Assembly (NCBI GenBank): GCA_949514915.1
Contig: CATFLP010000104.1
Coordinates: forward strand, 2,480 to 66,479
DNA from: Methanobacteriota archaeon
Lineage (GTDB): Archaea > Thermoplasmatota > Poseidoniia > Poseidoniales > Poseidoniaceae
Reading direction: 5' to 3'
DNA length: 64,000 nucleotides
The notes beneath the pieces were generated by a model. That model saw nothing but the letters and a program-made list of their open reading frames with translations, had not been told where the DNA came from and did no database searches. Below, piece by piece: positions 61,352-64,000 of the stretch. The translations under genes and the position numbers were made by a program. Every line of letters starts with the position of its first letter. Position 1 is the first letter of the stretch.

Positions 61352-62242
61352 TCAATGTGGCTCCGCAATTCCTTGTACCCATACAATGAATAAATGTACG
61401 ATAATCAATGTTGTAACTACAACTGGTAATATGAATACGTGAATGAAATACATTCTTGTTACTGTTGCACCAGATAATGAAGTCCCTCCAAACATCAATG
61501 TTGCAACTTGTGGGCCTACAAGAGGAGTTGCAGCTGCCATATTTATTCCAATAGTGGCGGCACCAAATGCTAATGCATCCCACGGAAGTAGGTATCCTGA
61601 ATATCCAAAGAAAATTGTGAAAAACATAAGTCCAACACCAATTAACCAATTTAATTCACGAGGGTTTCTATAAGCTCCTGTAAAGTAAACTCTGCACATG
61701 TGTAGGAATACTGAAGCAACCATGAAGTGTGTAGCCCAATGATGGATTGAACGAATGATGTATCCAAATGGTAATTCTAGCATTATGAATTCCATTGATG
61801 CATATGCAGGTGTAGGATCAAGCTCAAGATTTCCACCTGGTACGTAGTAAATACCTAGCACAGTACCAGTTATTACAAGTATTATGAATGCTAAGAATGA
61901 AATTCCTCCAAGACAATAAAGTGGGTACCAATACCAGATAATTTTTAATTTATATTTTTCAGCATGCGTGAGCGGTAATTGTCTGTGCATGGTATAGAAT
62001 GTATCTCTGCTCATAGCCCAATAATCTTGTAATCTAAATCTTGTATCAAGCCATGAGAAAACCCAAAGAAATGATCTTTCTGCTACACCCATTTTTCCAG
62101 ATGATTCTACTGCTCTTAGAATCTCTCTCCTCGGTGTTTGATCATTTTCTTTACGTAGTGTTAATGCTACTAATACACAGACAATCGCTATGAAAACCCA
62201 AAGAACCCAAAACATCGTATTCATCATCATTACCTCAATCAC
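61352..62242 (-). CDS. petB: Cytochrome b6-like (split cytochrome b, N-terminal part)
   Basis: YCLGGI, RSIHHWATHFMVASVFLHMCR, PRELNW, GYLLPWD and YFIHVFILP...VH; four heme-ligating His. Confidence 0.93.
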   Translation of the reverse strand: MIEVMMMNTMFWVLWVFIAIVCVLVALTLRKENDQTPRREILRAVESSGKMGVAERSFLWVFSWLDTRFRLQDYWAMSRDTFYTMHRQLPLTHAEKYKLKIIWYWYPLYCLGGISFLAFIILVITGTVLGIYYVPGGNLELDPTPAYASMEFIMLELPFGYIIRSIHHWATHFMVASVFLHMCRVYFTGAYRNPRELNWLIGVGLMFFTIFFGYSGYLLPWDALAFGAATIGINMAAATPLVGPQVATLMFGGTSLSGATVTRMYFIHVFILPVVVTTLIIVHLFIVWVQGIAEPH

Positions 62243-63077
62243 AAAATGTTAACCAGTCTACAAATTCAGTTACACCCTCAATTATTCCTCCATTAATATT
62301 GGCAGGGATTATAGGAATTCCCACTGGCGCTGGACCTCCTACTTTTTTTATTCCTGCAAATTGAAATGTTTGACCTGTTGCACGGTTTCTATTCTCATTT
62401 ACTTCTAGTGCGGTAGGGTCAAATCTACTACTGTGACAAATACAAAATAATTTATTGCCTCCTTCTTCAGTCCCTCCAGGTGCCCAACTATCTTCTGTGA
62501 AATTATTACTCACTAATTGCCATCCCGGAATACAACAAAGATGAGGGCACCTTCCAAAAGAGATTATAATGCCATCATTTGGAGTAATTATTGGATGTTC
62601 TTCTGCTAAATCTTCAAAATGGCCAATATATTTTCCAGTAGCGTCAACCCCCTCACCAAATTGATATCTAGGAACATTTACTTCTAGTGCTTTTGCCTTA
62701 TTCTCATTATGAGGTACATATACTACATTTACAGGAACTCCGTTCCAAATTCCTGATGCTCCTGCCATTCCAGCAACGCTTTTTGAAGCTTCACTAATGA
62801 ATTCATCTAATTTCATTTCTTGTAGGTGTTTTGAACCATACCAAGCATCATCTTCTCTTCCTTTTGCCCAATATTTTACAGCTAAATCTCCACCGCCACC
62901 TCCACCACCAGGCATTAGTACTGCAGCGAAGCCAATAACTCCAAAAGTTGCAGCAAGAACTCCTGCGGCTGTATTAAAACCATAACGTATAAATTGCCTA
63001 CGATCAATTACTGAACCAAGAAGTTCCTTTTTTGCGGTGTTTTTACTTGGAATCTTTAGTTCAAAATCTCTACTCAT
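62235..63077 (-). CDS. petC: Rieske [2Fe-2S] protein with Tat signal
   Basis: DRRQFI twin-arginine anchor, poly-Gly hinge, CPHLCC and CICHSSRFD cluster motifs, GPAP. Confidence 0.9.
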   Translation of the reverse strand: MSRDFELKIPSKNTAKKELLGSVIDRRQFIRYGFNTAAGVLAATFGVIGFAAVLMPGGGGGGGDLAVKYWAKGREDDAWYGSKHLQEMKLDEFISEASKSVAGMAGASGIWNGVPVNVVYVPHNENKAKALEVNVPRYQFGEGVDATGKYIGHFEDLAEEHPIITPNDGIIISFGRCPHLCCIPGWQLVSNNFTEDSWAPGGTEEGGNKLFCICHSSRFDPTALEVNENRNRATGQTFQFAGIKKVGGPAPVGIPIIPANINGGIIEGVTEFVDWLTFCD

Positions 63078-63085
63078 CAAATCAC

Positions 63086-63547
63086 CTATACTTTGTATTC
63101 ATACCAATCTTTTTCGTGTTTTCTTTTTGAATGTTCTGGAATAAATTTGTTTCTTTCGTGTTTTATTACAATTAAGTCAGGCAGCACCCATTTTTGATAT
63201 ACTATTGCCATAATGATAATTGTACTTAATGACAAGAAAAGATGGTAAGATAATTGTTGTTGGTCCCAACCGTTCATTAATCCATAAGCCATTGTGCCTG
63301 TCCAATAAGTTACCCAAAATATTCCCCATATGAACAATAAGGAAACTAATGCACTACCTCCAGAAGGAGATATTGTTGCTTTAACAATAGTGCCTGGTTC
63401 AGCAGGAGTAAATACGCCATGGTCAACAGCCCTTTGAAAATCTTCCTTTTCAAGATCAACACCTTCTAGTGCTTTTTTGGCATCTTTAATACTTATTTTT
63501 CCAAGTGACACTTCATGTAGTAACTTTTCAAGTAAATCAGTTGCCAT
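63086..63547 (-). CDS. Two-TM membrane protein in the Rieske operon
   Basis: 153-aa ORF with two hydrophobic helices, overlapping the upstream stop and directly preceding the Rieske gene. Confidence 0.7.
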   Translation of the reverse strand: MATDLLEKLLHEVSLGKISIKDAKKALEGVDLEKEDFQRAVDHGVFTPAEPGTIVKATISPSGGSALVSLLFIWGIFWVTYWTGTMAYGLMNGWDQQQLSYHLFLSLSTIIIMAIVYQKWVLPDLIVIKHERNKFIPEHSKRKHEKDWYEYKV

Positions 63548-63999
63548 TATTGGTCCCCCCTTCTCATATGTTTATATCTTAATTGCAATAAATTGGTTCT
63601 ACCAGTATAAGAATGGCTAAATCCATAACGAAGCATAAATCCAGAAAATATAATCACAATGATTACTGCTCCAAATCCCAGTAATCCCAACCAGTGTGCT
63701 CTAAATTTTGCACCCATGTCGTGTAAATCAACATGTCCTTCATCTGCAGCAGGTGGTTCTATAGCGCCATCTCCTGAAAATATGGCTCTACGAGAATCTA
63801 AAATTTCAGCAGGAGTTTTTTCTGTACTTTCTGGGATGTGGAATGTCACTCTGTTCCACATATCTCCTAAATTAGCATCAGCGCCATTGACGCTGTTTAA
63901 TGAAATCCAAAATGTAACTTTTCCAGTATTTTCCTCTGGAGCAGTCCATGAGATTGTCCATGCACGATTTTCAGATCTTGCCCCTTCTTCAGTATGCGT
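63547..63999 (-). CDS. Membrane-anchored Reeler-like domain protein, 5'-truncated by the window edge
   Basis: The frame is open to the window end: THTEEG...WTISWTAPEENTGKVTFWISLNSVNG, a Reeler-like C-terminal motif, followed by a TM. Confidence 0.65.
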   Translation of the reverse strand, partial: THTEEGARSENRAWTISWTAPEENTGKVTFWISLNSVNGADANLGDMWNRVTFHIPESTEKTPAEILDSRRAIFSGDGAIEPPAADEGHVDLHDMGAKFRAHWLGLLGFGAVIIVIIFSGFMLRYGFSHSYTGRTNLLQLRYKHMRRGDQ

Positions 64000-64000
64000 T

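Overview
This window is an AT-rich, gene-dense archaeal chromosomal segment. The markers are class I LysRS, aIF2-beta, aTrm56, an XPD/Rad3 helicase, GGTGA-type ribosome-binding sites and an intronless tRNA-Leu(UAA). The mix of archaeal information genes with bacterial-type metabolic genes and giant acidic surface proteins best fits marine Thermoplasmatota (Poseidoniales/MGII-like); this placement is an inference. Housekeeping and metabolic content: class Ia RNR, carAB, folP, a branched-chain 2-oxoacid dehydrogenase-lipoylation operon, an acyl-CoA carboxylase / B12 mutase-domain / MeaB cluster, NADP-GDH, and a 2990-aa Ca-repeat/transglutaminase-like/Ig-like surface protein. No mobile element or CRISPR array was seen. 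The most striking feature is at the right end: a Rieske / cytochrome b6-type operon. Its cytochrome b keeps the heme c_i cysteine, and its subunit IV is fused to an HdrD/GlpC-like 2x[4Fe-4S]+2xCCG module, followed by a ferredoxin. No c-type cytochrome is visible in the window. The operon converges on an asnB-like amidotransferase plus gshA pair. Other notable observations are a circularly permuted SGNH hydrolase, two probable ATT start codons, a calmodulin-like EF-hand membrane protein and several small ORFs missed by the ORF track.
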